A stretch of 64,000 nt of DNA, taken from positions 512,001 through 576,000 of the forward strand of contig CBDFLE010000005.1 of the NCBI GenBank assembly GCA_965248925.1, written 5' to 3'. The stretch comes from Candidatus Multivoradales bacterium. GTDB lineage: Bacteria > Acidobacteriota > Thermoanaerobaculia > Multivoradales > J023. Numbering within the stretch: position 1 is the first letter of the stretch; each line of letters begins with the position of its first letter. A model generated the notes under the pieces. It worked only from the letters and a program-made list of their open reading frames with translations. It was not told where the DNA came from and ran no database searches. This document shows, piece after piece, positions 48,840 through 57,026 of this stretch. The position numbers were made by a program, and so were the translations under genes.

Positions 48840-50156
48840 CTAACTGCTGGTCTTGAGCGGGAACCGGTCTGGGCGGCCGAAGAGGAACCCCTGGGCGGTT
48901 GGACATCCTGCCGCTTGGATGGTCCGCAGCTCTCTCGGGTTCTCGATACCCTCTGCCACCACCTCCAAGCCCAATCGGTTGCCGAGCGCTACCACCGCTT
49001 CCACAATCGCCAGGCTGGTGTCGTCGGTCACAGCTTGGCTGGTGAATTCTCGCGGGATCTTCACCTTGCGGGCGCGCAGCAGCTTGAGGTACTGCAACGA
49101 GCTGAAGCCGGTGCCGAAATCGTCCAAGGCCAGCTGGATGCCCCGGCGATGCAACCTGGCCAGACCGCTGCCGTGGTCGTCCAGGGAGTCTACGGCCACC
49201 GTTTCGGTGAGCTCGAGCTCCAGCAGGTGCTCCGGCAATCGAGCAGCCTCCAATGCCTTGTCGATGCAGGCAGGAAAAGACGGGTCGGCCAGCTGTAAGG
49301 CGGCGACATTAACCGCGATCAAGGTGTCGTGGGCAATCTGTGAACTCCACCGTTGCCGCCAACGGCAGGCTTCCTTGAGCACCCAGCTGCCGAGATCGCA
49401 GACCAAGCCGGTGGACTCGGCGAGAGGAATGAACTCATTAGGACCCAGCAGTCCGCGGCGCGGGTGAAGCCACCTGATCAGGGCTTCGTACGCCTTGACC
49501 TTCCCGCTCCTGAGATTGATCTGGGGTTGGAAATCCAAGTAGAGCTGACCCTGCTGTAGAGCCCTCTGCAGGGCCTCGAACTCGCTCAGCTCAGCCGCCT
49601 GTCGGGCAGCGGCGCCATCTAGGCAAGAGATTCGTTTACCACTCTGCCGAGCCTGCTCCAGGGCGGTGCGTGCCCGGCCGAGCAGCTCTTCAGCGGCTAC
49701 CCCATGGGTGTGCAAGCTCAAGCCAACCCGGCATGCCTGGCGAGGGTGCTCGGCTCGCTTGCTGATCGAGGTGGCGGCGTCCACTAACTTCTGCGCCAGG
49801 AACAAAGCGCTGAGGGGATCAGCGACCGCCCGCTGCAAGATCGCGAAGCGACCCCGACCGAGATAGGTCCAGGCATCGCAAGAGCGTACCAATTCGGCGA
49901 GCTGCACGGCCACGGCGCGAATCCTCGGTGTCTGGGTTGAGAGGTCCGGTGCCGGGTCGGGGGTAGACTCGACCGATAGCACCTGCACGGCAATCGTTTC
50001 CCCGGTTCGATCCGCTTGAGCGACCGCCTGCCGCAGGCGGTCGGCGAAGCTCGATCCCGCGGCCGCGGGCGCTTGCTCAGCGCCGCGGGGCAGCCGCGCA
50101 TCGAAGGTGGCATGGGCCGAGGAATCGACGGTAGTCAAGGTTTCCAACTCCAACAT
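48840..50156 (-). CDS. Degenerate-GGDEF plus EAL domain protein (c-di-GMP phosphodiesterase-like)
   Basis: GGDEF site reads LGRGRF; EALIRW, ELTE, DDFGTGFSSL, AEGIE, QGFLFGRP. Confidence 0.88.
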   Translation of the reverse strand: MLELETLTTVDSSAHATFDARLPRGAEQAPAAAGSSFADRLRQAVAQADRTGETIAVQVLSVESTPDPAPDLSTQTPRIRAVAVQLAELVRSCDAWTYLGRGRFAILQRAVADPLSALFLAQKLVDAATSISKRAEHPRQACRVGLSLHTHGVAAEELLGRARTALEQARQSGKRISCLDGAAARQAAELSEFEALQRALQQGQLYLDFQPQINLRSGKVKAYEALIRWLHPRRGLLGPNEFIPLAESTGLVCDLGSWVLKEACRWRQRWSSQIAHDTLIAVNVAALQLADPSFPACIDKALEAARLPEHLLELELTETVAVDSLDDHGSGLARLHRRGIQLALDDFGTGFSSLQYLKLLRARKVKIPREFTSQAVTDDTSLAIVEAVVALGNRLGLEVVAEGIENPRELRTIQAAGCPTAQGFLFGRPDRFPLKTSS

Positions 50157-50182
50157 GAAATCCTCCCGTGGATGTCTGGCGC

Positions 50183-50215
50183 TTTCTATCGCGTCGGAGA
50201 TGAATGGAGCGTGAA
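50183..50215 (-). promoter_or_regulatory. Pho-box-like promoter, copy B
   Basis: Minus strand TTCAC-gctcca-TTCAT-ctccgacgcga-TAGAAA upstream of the EAL gene. Confidence 0.55.
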
Positions 50216-50244
50216 GAAGTCTGAGAAGTAGCTAGAGATAATTG

Positions 50245-50276
50245 AAAATGGCCGCCGGAGTTCAATCCGGCGGCCA
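50245..50276 (-). terminator. Intrinsic terminator of the Calx-beta gene
   Basis: 11-bp stem TGGCCGCCGGA/TCCGGCGGCCA, 6-nt loop, followed by TTTT on the minus strand. Confidence 0.75.
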
Positions 50277-50335
50277 ATCCTCGGGTCAGTTGCTGCCTGA
50301 GGGGCAGTGCTATCGGCCCTTGCCGGCAGCCATTC

Positions 50336-52687
50336 TCAAGGACAGGCGCGGAAAGTCGAAGTGTCGAAGATCGGTGCCGCGGCTCCGCTGCCGTTGTCGC
50401 GGTAGATCTTGCGCTGTCCGGTCTCGGTATCTTCGATGGTGACCACGATCGACAAAGTCGTGGTGGCGGCGTAGGACAGCCAGTAGGCGCCGAAGGTCTC
50501 ACAGGCGTCAACCGCCTTGACCAGGAACTCAAAGTTGCTGCGATCGTCGTAGTAGAACAATCCTGACTTGTCCGACAGCACCACTACTTTGGCGTCGCGA
50601 GTAGTGCCGTTCGGGATCGTGTAACGGATGCTCACCCTGAACCGGCCGCTGAGCAGGCAGAGAGTGTTGATACCGGCAGGGCAGTTGGTGTTGTCATCGT
50701 CGGCGATCGTCAGCGTCGCGTTGCCGCGTAGCGGGTCGATGGTGGTGCCACCGGTGGCGCCGCTCAAGCTGAGCTCAATGGTCTCATTGCCCTCGGGGTC
50801 GAGGTCGTCGAGGATTGGCACCAAGAAGGTCCTGTCCGCGCCGTCGCCAGCGGCCCAGCTCAGAGTGCCGCTGACCGCGGTGTAGTCGCTACCGTCGAAG
50901 GCGCTACCGTCGAAGCTCGAATAACTGACCGAAGCGGCGCCGTCCTCGCCCGAAGAGCGCTCGACGGTGATCACCGCCATGCCGGACTGCTCCAAGGCCT
51001 GGTACGCGGCCGAGCTGAATTTGAAGATGCCCGGTGTGCCGCCACCACCACCGCCACCACCGCCACCACCGCCACCACCGCCACCACCGCCACCACCGCC
51101 GCCGGTACCGCCGTCACTGGCCAAGATCACCAGGTCAGCTTCGCCCCGCAAACCGTCGATCACCGCTCCGCCGGTGACGTTGGCCAAGGTGAGATGGACG
51201 GTCTCGGCGCCCTCGGACGCACTATCATCGAGAATCGGTACCGAGAAAGTCTTGTCAGCGCCATCGCCGGCGGCCCAAGTCAGCACGCCGGAGCTTCCCA
51301 GATAGTCGCTGCCGTCGCTGGCACTGCCATCGCTGGTGGAGTACTCAACGCTGACCACGCCGTCCTCGCCCGAGGAGCGCTCGACGGTGATCACCGCCGT
51401 GCCAGCTTCCTCGAGCACTTCGAAACTGATCTCGTCGAACTTGATCACCCCTGGTGTTCCAGTCCCACCGCCACCGCCACCGCCACCGCCACCGGTGCCG
51501 CCATCGTTGGCCAGAATTCGAATCACCGCGGTATCACGTCCGGCCGTGAGGCCAGCACCACCGGTGGGGTTGGACAAGGTCAGTTGCAGGATCTCGTCGC
51601 CTTCCGCCAGCTCGTCTTCGAGGATTGGCACAACAAAAGTCATGTCGGTGCCGTCACCATTGGCCCAGCTCAAGGTGCCGCCGACGCCGGTGTAATCGCT
51701 GCCATCCTCGGCGCTGAGGTCGCTGGTGGTGTAGTCGACGGTGACCGCGCCGGAATCTCCCTGGGAACGCTCGACACGAATGATAGCCACGCCGGCCGAC
51801 TCGAGGACCTCGAAGCTAGCTTCGTCGAATTTCAGGTTGCCGGCAGCGCCGCCACCACCACCACCACCACCACCACCGCCGCCGCCGCCGGTGCCACCAT
51901 CACTGGCCAGGATGACCAAGGTGGAGGTGCCGCGCAGGCCGTCGATGGTAGCGCCGCCAGTAGCGTTGGAGAGCACCATCTCGATGGTCTCGTCGCCTTC
52001 GGCTTCGGCATCGTCGAGGATCGGAACGTTGAAAGTCTTGGCCAGGCCGTCGAGATTGGCCCACATCAAAGTGCCACTGACGGATTGGAAGTCGCTGCCA
52101 TCGATGGCAGAGCCGCCACTGATCGTGTAGTCCACCGAAACCACGCCGGACTCGCCTTGCGAGCGCTCGACTCGGATCACCGCCAGGCCGGCTTCTTCGA
52201 GCACCTCGAAGGTGACCTCGTCGAATTTCAGGTTGCCAGCAGCGCCACCGCCGCCACCGCCGGTGCCGCCATCGCTGGCCAGGATGACCACCACCGAAGT
52301 GCCGCGGCCGGCGCGAATGATTGAGCCGCCGGTGGGGTTGGAGAGTTCCAGATCGATGGTCTCGGCGCCCTCGGCCTCGGCATCGTCGAGAATCGGAATC
52401 TCGACCACCCGGTTGCTTCCGTCTTGATCCCCCCATGACAGCGTGCCCGCGGCGGCCGTGTAGTCGGTGCCTTCGCTGGCGCTGCCGCCAGTCGTCGACC
52501 AGTTGATAGTGACCGCTCCATCTTCACCGCGCGAGCGCTCGATCACCACCAACGCGACGCCGGCCTCTTCGAGTACTTCGGTACTGTCCTCATCAAAGGC
52601 GATCTCGCCGTTGCCGGCGGCTAACAAGGGGGATGCCAAGAGGGCCAGGATCCACCCCAAGACTAGTTTCATGTTGAGTGCTTTCAT
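50336..52687 (-). CDS. Secreted surface protein with five Calx-beta domains, poly-Gly linkers and a Cys-containing C-terminal domain
   Basis: Signal peptide; 5 x (F....EVLE.AG..ERS.G..G.V.V.Y...DGSDY...GTL.W..GD..K.F.VPILDD...EG.ET); C-terminal LCLLSGRFRV..EFLVKAVDAC..YW. Confidence 0.9.
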   Translation of the reverse strand: MKALNMKLVLGWILALLASPLLAAGNGEIAFDEDSTEVLEEAGVALVVIERSRGEDGAVTINWSTTGGSASEGTDYTAAAGTLSWGDQDGSNRVVEIPILDDAEAEGAETIDLELSNPTGGSIIRAGRGTSVVVILASDGGTGGGGGGAAGNLKFDEVTFEVLEEAGLAVIRVERSQGESGVVSVDYTISGGSAIDGSDFQSVSGTLMWANLDGLAKTFNVPILDDAEAEGDETIEMVLSNATGGATIDGLRGTSTLVILASDGGTGGGGGGGGGGGGGGAAGNLKFDEASFEVLESAGVAIIRVERSQGDSGAVTVDYTTSDLSAEDGSDYTGVGGTLSWANGDGTDMTFVVPILEDELAEGDEILQLTLSNPTGGAGLTAGRDTAVIRILANDGGTGGGGGGGGGGTGTPGVIKFDEISFEVLEEAGTAVITVERSSGEDGVVSVEYSTSDGSASDGSDYLGSSGVLTWAAGDGADKTFSVPILDDSASEGAETVHLTLANVTGGAVIDGLRGEADLVILASDGGTGGGGGGGGGGGGGGGGGGGGGGTPGIFKFSSAAYQALEQSGMAVITVERSSGEDGAASVSYSSFDGSAFDGSDYTAVSGTLSWAAGDGADRTFLVPILDDLDPEGNETIELSLSGATGGTTIDPLRGNATLTIADDDNTNCPAGINTLCLLSGRFRVSIRYTIPNGTTRDAKVVVLSDKSGLFYYDDRSNFEFLVKAVDACETFGAYWLSYAATTTLSIVVTIEDTETGQRKIYRDNGSGAAAPIFDTSTFRACP
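51038..51103. repeat. In-frame Gly22 microsatellite ((CCACCGCCA)n)
   Basis: 66 nt of acc/gcc triplets. Shorter tracts at 51464-51493 (Gly10), 51848-51889 (Gly14) and 52244-52261 (Gly6). Confidence 0.95.
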
Positions 52688-52826
52688 CTTCGTATCCTCC
52701 ACACTTTGTTGTTCGGAAAAGGCTCGTTCACTTGAACTTTGCCGCTCAACCCGGTTGCGGGCGAAGTGCTGAATGTGGGTGCTGAATGAGCATCGCACTC
52801 GGCAGCAAGCGGCTTGGCATGCTCCA

Positions 52827-52859
52827 GTTATAGCCAGGCGTGTATGAACGGAACATGAC
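52827..52859 (-). promoter_or_regulatory. Pho-box-like promoter, copy C
   Basis: Minus strand GTCAT-gttccg-TTCAT-acacgcctggc-TATAAC upstream of the Calx-beta gene. Confidence 0.62.
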
Positions 52860-52926
52860 CGAGATAAAGTGCCGAGCGGTAGGGTCCAGCCTGGCTCCGT
52901 GATCCCGATCATTGTTAGGGAGAGCA

Positions 52927-52959
52927 TTCATTTAGCGTTCATGCGCCAATCTGTATACC
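52927..52959 (+). promoter_or_regulatory. Pho-box-like promoter, copy D
   Basis: TTCAT-ttagcg-TTCAT-gcgccaatctg-TATACC, 7 nt before the ppk1 ATG. Confidence 0.62.
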
Positions 52960-52966
52960 TCTAAGC

Positions 52967-55183
52967 ATGAACAGCTCGCTCGAAGATTCAACCGCGTTCA
53001 CCAGCCGATCAGAACCTAGCTCGCTAGGGCCGCTAGCCCCACGATTGATTGCCGTGGACTCGGTGAACCGCGTCGGTTCCGACCTGAGTTCTCCTCAGCT
53101 CTACCTCAATCGGGAGCTGACCTGGCTGGCTTTTAACCGCCGCGTGCTGCACGAGGCGCGGGACCCGCAAACACCGCTGCTTGAGAGGGTTAAATTTCTT
53201 AGCATTGTCAGCTCGAACTTGGACGAGTTCTTCATGAAGAGGATCGGCGGCTTGAAGCAGCAAGCCGCCGCGCAGCTGGAGGTGCTGAGCGTCGATGGCC
53301 GGACCCCTCGGCAACAGATCGCCGAGAGCCTGGAAGAAGCCCGCCAGATCCTTGAGGAGCAGCAGGTGGTCTTTGGGACCTTGCTCGGTGAGTTGCAGGC
53401 CAAGGGCATCCGCTTGCGGCGTTACCGAGATCTCGATTCGAAGCTGCGACGAGTAGCTCGTGGCCACTACAAACGACAGGTCCTGCCGCTGATCACGCCG
53501 CTGGGTTTCGATCCCGCTCACCCCTTCCCGGTGCTCTCTAACCGGTCACTGAATCTGCTGGTGGAGCTTCGGGAAAATGCTGACGAGCCTACCTTCCTGG
53601 CGCGGATCAAGGTGCCAGTGAGTGCCAGGACGCCACGTCTTGTCCAGATCGGCAAGCAGCAGCAGTTTGTGTTCCTCGAGGAAGTCATCGCCCACAACCT
53701 GGACTTACTGTTTGGCGACTGCCTGGTCGAGTCCTGCCACGCTTTCCGGGTGATCCGCAATGCATCGACCGAGCGCGACGAAGAGAACGCCGACGATCTG
53801 CTGGCGATGATAGAAGCGGAGCTTCGCGATCGTCGGTTTGCTCCCTTCGTCCGTCTCGAGGTAGCAAAGGAGATGGCCCCGGCCCATCGCCGGCTTCTGG
53901 CCGCTGAGTTGGGGCTCGACTTGGTGTTCGACGTCTTCGAAAATGAGGGCCCGCTGGCGCTGGCGCATTTGCTCGAGCTTGCCAACCTGGATCTTCCACA
54001 GCTTCACTTCTCGCCCCATCGGCCGAGGGTCAACGCCCAGCTGGCCGAGAAACACAACGTATTCGCCGCCATTCGCCGCCATGGCTCGATTCTGCTGCAG
54101 CACCCGCGTGAGTCCTTCGGTGCTTCGGTCGAGCGCTTCGTCGACGAGGCGAGCCGCGATCCAAAAGTGGTGGCGATCAAAGCGACCCTCTATCGCACCT
54201 CGGACGGCACCCGGATTGTCGACAGCCTGGTGCAAGCCGCGCTTGATGGTAAGCAGGTGGCGGTGGCGGTGGAGCTGAAAGCTCGATTCGACGAAGCGGC
54301 CAACGTCCGCTGGGCCCGCCGTCTGGAAGAAGCCGGGGTTCATGTCAGCTACGGCATCGTCGGTCTCAAGACCCACTGCAAGGCATTGCTGGTGGTGCGT
54401 GAGCAGACCGGAGGGCTGACGCGCTACGTTCACATCAGCACCGGCAACTATCATGCAGGCACCGCTCTCGCCTACAGTGATCTGGGGTTGCTGAGTTGCG
54501 ACGAGGAGCTCGGCTGGGACATCGCCGATCTGTTCAATGCGTTGACCACCGGGCGTAACTTGGACCGTCGCTACCGCAAGATCCTGACCGCGCCCAAGGT
54601 GATGAAAGCCCTGCTGCTGGCCAAAATCGAGCGCGAAACCAAGCTCCACAATCCAGCCTCCCCCGGCTTGATCCGCCTCAAGACCAATGCCCTGGAAGAC
54701 CCGGATGTGGTCGCGGCGCTCTACCGGGCCGGCAGAGCCGGGGTGCGGGTCGAGCTGTTTGTGCGCGACACCTGCAGGTTGCGCCCTGGTCTACCAGGAC
54801 TCTCCGAGAGCATTCGGGTATTTAGTATCGTCGGCCGGTTCCTAGAGCATTCGCGGGTCTACCACTTCAGCAATGGTGGGGAAGACGAGTACTTCATCGG
54901 CTCAGCGGATCTGATGCAGCGCAATCTCGAGCACCGAGTGGAGCTGCTGGTGCCAGTGGAGCAGCCGGACCAACGTCAGGTGCTGGAGAAGTTCCTTCGG
55001 GCCTCGCCCGGCAAGGACTGGCGGATTTGGCAGATGCAGTCCGATGGCAGCTACATCGAGCAGCCGGATTCGCCCACCGCGAAAGCACCCGCCGCGAGCT
55101 CGGTCCGCGTCGCGGTAGCAGAAAGCCAATGCGAGGTATTGAGTTGGAGAAAAAATGTTCTGGAGGTGGCGAATGCCTCTTGA
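52967..55183 (+). CDS. ppk1: Polyphosphate kinase 1
   Basis: NRELTWLAFNRRVL, SNLDEFFMKR, ELKARFDE, KTHCK, TGNY, IVGRFLEHSR, SADLMQRNL. Confidence 0.96.
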   Translation: MNSSLEDSTAFTSRSEPSSLGPLAPRLIAVDSVNRVGSDLSSPQLYLNRELTWLAFNRRVLHEARDPQTPLLERVKFLSIVSSNLDEFFMKRIGGLKQQAAAQLEVLSVDGRTPRQQIAESLEEARQILEEQQVVFGTLLGELQAKGIRLRRYRDLDSKLRRVARGHYKRQVLPLITPLGFDPAHPFPVLSNRSLNLLVELRENADEPTFLARIKVPVSARTPRLVQIGKQQQFVFLEEVIAHNLDLLFGDCLVESCHAFRVIRNASTERDEENADDLLAMIEAELRDRRFAPFVRLEVAKEMAPAHRRLLAAELGLDLVFDVFENEGPLALAHLLELANLDLPQLHFSPHRPRVNAQLAEKHNVFAAIRRHGSILLQHPRESFGASVERFVDEASRDPKVVAIKATLYRTSDGTRIVDSLVQAALDGKQVAVAVELKARFDEAANVRWARRLEEAGVHVSYGIVGLKTHCKALLVVREQTGGLTRYVHISTGNYHAGTALAYSDLGLLSCDEELGWDIADLFNALTTGRNLDRRYRKILTAPKVMKALLLAKIERETKLHNPASPGLIRLKTNALEDPDVVAALYRAGRAGVRVELFVRDTCRLRPGLPGLSESIRVFSIVGRFLEHSRVYHFSNGGEDEYFIGSADLMQRNLEHRVELLVPVEQPDQRQVLEKFLRASPGKDWRIWQMQSDGSYIEQPDSPTAKAPAASSVRVAVAESQCEVLSWRKNVLEVANAS

Positions 55184-55214
55184 AATGATCGACACAACGA
55201 AAGAGAGGCACTCG

Positions 55215-55976
55215 ATGACCGATCTGGCGGAAATCCTACCGACCACTGAAAGGCCGTTGCTGCCACCGACCCCCATCCGGGCCGGTGATGTGATGCCTAC
55301 AGTCGACGATGGCAAGGCCGAGAATGAGTCGGGTGATGAACTCTTGTTGATGATCGCGGAAGCTATTGACGTCAACCTGGGGAGCCGTTCGGCCAAAAAG
55401 AAGAAAAAGAGCAAGTCCAGTAAGAAGCAGGGCCTTGACGTGGGTACCAGCCGCGGCATCGAGTCAATGCTACGCAACTCCTACCGGGCGCAGCTGGCGA
55501 TGATTGCGCTGGCGGCTCGCAAGGCCAACATCATGATCTCGGTCAATGGTTTTCTCTTGTCGTTGCTGACCGTCGGCAGTGCCTATGTGCTGACCTCGGC
55601 ACCTTATCTGCTGATCCCCTCCGGGATCTTCCTGGTGACTTGTATCACGGCAATTCTATTCGCCGTATTGGCAGCCCGTCCGCAGCGGGTCGACAGTTCG
55701 AGAACCCGGCTGAAAGACTTCCGCAAGGAGCGGGCCGACCTGCTGGTCTTCGAGCAGTTCTCGAACCTATCCAAAGAAGACCACATGGCGGTCATGCTGG
55801 AGATGATGGGCGACAAGGAGCGGGTCTACCGCAGCATGGTGGCCCATCTACACTTCCTCGGTCAGTCCGCCAATCGCCGTTTCGAAACTCTGCGAATCTC
55901 CTACAATGCGTTCATCATCGGATTGATCGCCAGCTGTGTCGCCTTGGCGGCGGTAGTAGCGATCTTTTACCTTTAG
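55215..55976 (+). CDS. DUF5706 / Pycsar TM-effector-like membrane protein
   Basis: Lys run, then RGIESMLRNSYRAQLAMIALAARKANIMISVNG, two TMs, A.RP, cytoplasmic loop, LRISYNAFIIGL TM. Confidence 0.78.
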   Translation: MTDLAEILPTTERPLLPPTPIRAGDVMPTVDDGKAENESGDELLLMIAEAIDVNLGSRSAKKKKKSKSSKKQGLDVGTSRGIESMLRNSYRAQLAMIALAARKANIMISVNGFLLSLLTVGSAYVLTSAPYLLIPSGIFLVTCITAILFAVLAARPQRVDSSRTRLKDFRKERADLLVFEQFSNLSKEDHMAVMLEMMGDKERVYRSMVAHLHFLGQSANRRFETLRISYNAFIIGLIASCVALAAVVAIFYL

Positions 55977-55990
55977 GAAGAGTCGACTAG

Positions 55991-57007
55991 ATGAAGACAC
56001 TCTTGCGCGGCGCTTCGCGGCCGTGGCGGTGGGGGTGCGAGGCCCCTTTGGCGCTCTCGGCAATGCTCCTGCTGGCCGCTGGCGCCGCCACCGAGGCGGA
56101 ATTCAAGTTGATCGAAGGCATCTATGAGCCCTCTGGCGCCACCCAGCTCGAAGACGGGACGATCGTCGCCGTCGAAGACGAGCCCGCGCGGCCGTTCAGC
56201 TTGCTGAGCCCGGCCGGGTTGGTGACTCGGCTCAGTGCTCAACCGCTGCGATCCGGCTCGTTACTCTCGGCCGCTTTTCTCGAGCTGGCCGATCTGGAGG
56301 GGGTCGCGGCCGGAGAGTCAGGCTTCGCTTATGCCATCACTTCGCATTCGCGAAAGGACAACGGCAAGCGCTCCGCTGAGCGAGAACGGCTGGTGAGGTT
56401 CAGAGTCGAGGACTCGAGGATCACTGATCTAGAGGTGGTGACCGGTCTGCGCGATGCTCTGGTTCGGGCGTTTCCAGAGCTCGACAGCGCGGCAAGAGAG
56501 CGCCAGGTGAAACGAGACCATGGGCTGAACCTGGAAGGTCTGACCTTCGGTCTCCGGCGGCAGACGCTGTGGATCGGATTTCGCGGTCCGTTGGTCAAGG
56601 GTGACGCGATGCTGGTCTCGATCCTCAACCCGCGACGGGCCTTCGAAAGCGATGAGGGCTTTCGCTTTGGCGACCGGGTGTTGACCTTGGATCTCGGCGG
56701 AGGTGGCATCCGTGGCTTGGCCTACGTCCCCCGGCTCTCTGGCTTTCTGATCCTCAGCCAGCGCGAGAGTGGCAAAAAAGAGAGCCCCTTCAAGCTGTGG
56801 CTGTGGAACGGCGGCGGGGAACACTCGGTGCGGCGGGTTCGGATCGAGGGTGTGGCCGATCTGCGAAGGGCCGAGGCGGTGGTGCCGATAAGCCTCGAGG
56901 GCCAAGACAAGCTTCTGCTGCTCAGCGACGACGGCAGCTACCGCCAGCGCCGCCCTGCCAGGTACTTGCTGGTTGACTACGCGGCGCTGCGCATCGATCA
57001 GGAATAG
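55991..57007 (+). CDS. Secreted DUF3616-like beta-propeller protein
   Basis: Signal peptide; YEPSG, DLEGV, ITSHSR, GLNLEGL, IGFRGP, LDLGGGGIR. Confidence 0.75.
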   Translation: MKTLLRGASRPWRWGCEAPLALSAMLLLAAGAATEAEFKLIEGIYEPSGATQLEDGTIVAVEDEPARPFSLLSPAGLVTRLSAQPLRSGSLLSAAFLELADLEGVAAGESGFAYAITSHSRKDNGKRSAERERLVRFRVEDSRITDLEVVTGLRDALVRAFPELDSAARERQVKRDHGLNLEGLTFGLRRQTLWIGFRGPLVKGDAMLVSILNPRRAFESDEGFRFGDRVLTLDLGGGGIRGLAYVPRLSGFLILSQRESGKKESPFKLWLWNGGGEHSVRRVRIEGVADLRRAEAVVPISLEGQDKLLLLSDDGSYRQRRPARYLLVDYAALRIDQE

Positions 57008-57026
57008 CGGTGAAACGAGGAGAAGC

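Noticed and set aside
51038-52261. CRISPR-like periodic repeats
   Set aside because: They are in-frame poly-Gly linkers separated by about 350-nt Calx-beta domains.
55215-55976. Pycsar anti-phage system
   Set aside because: Only the TM-effector-like gene is present; there is no PycC cyclase and the neighbours are phosphate-related.
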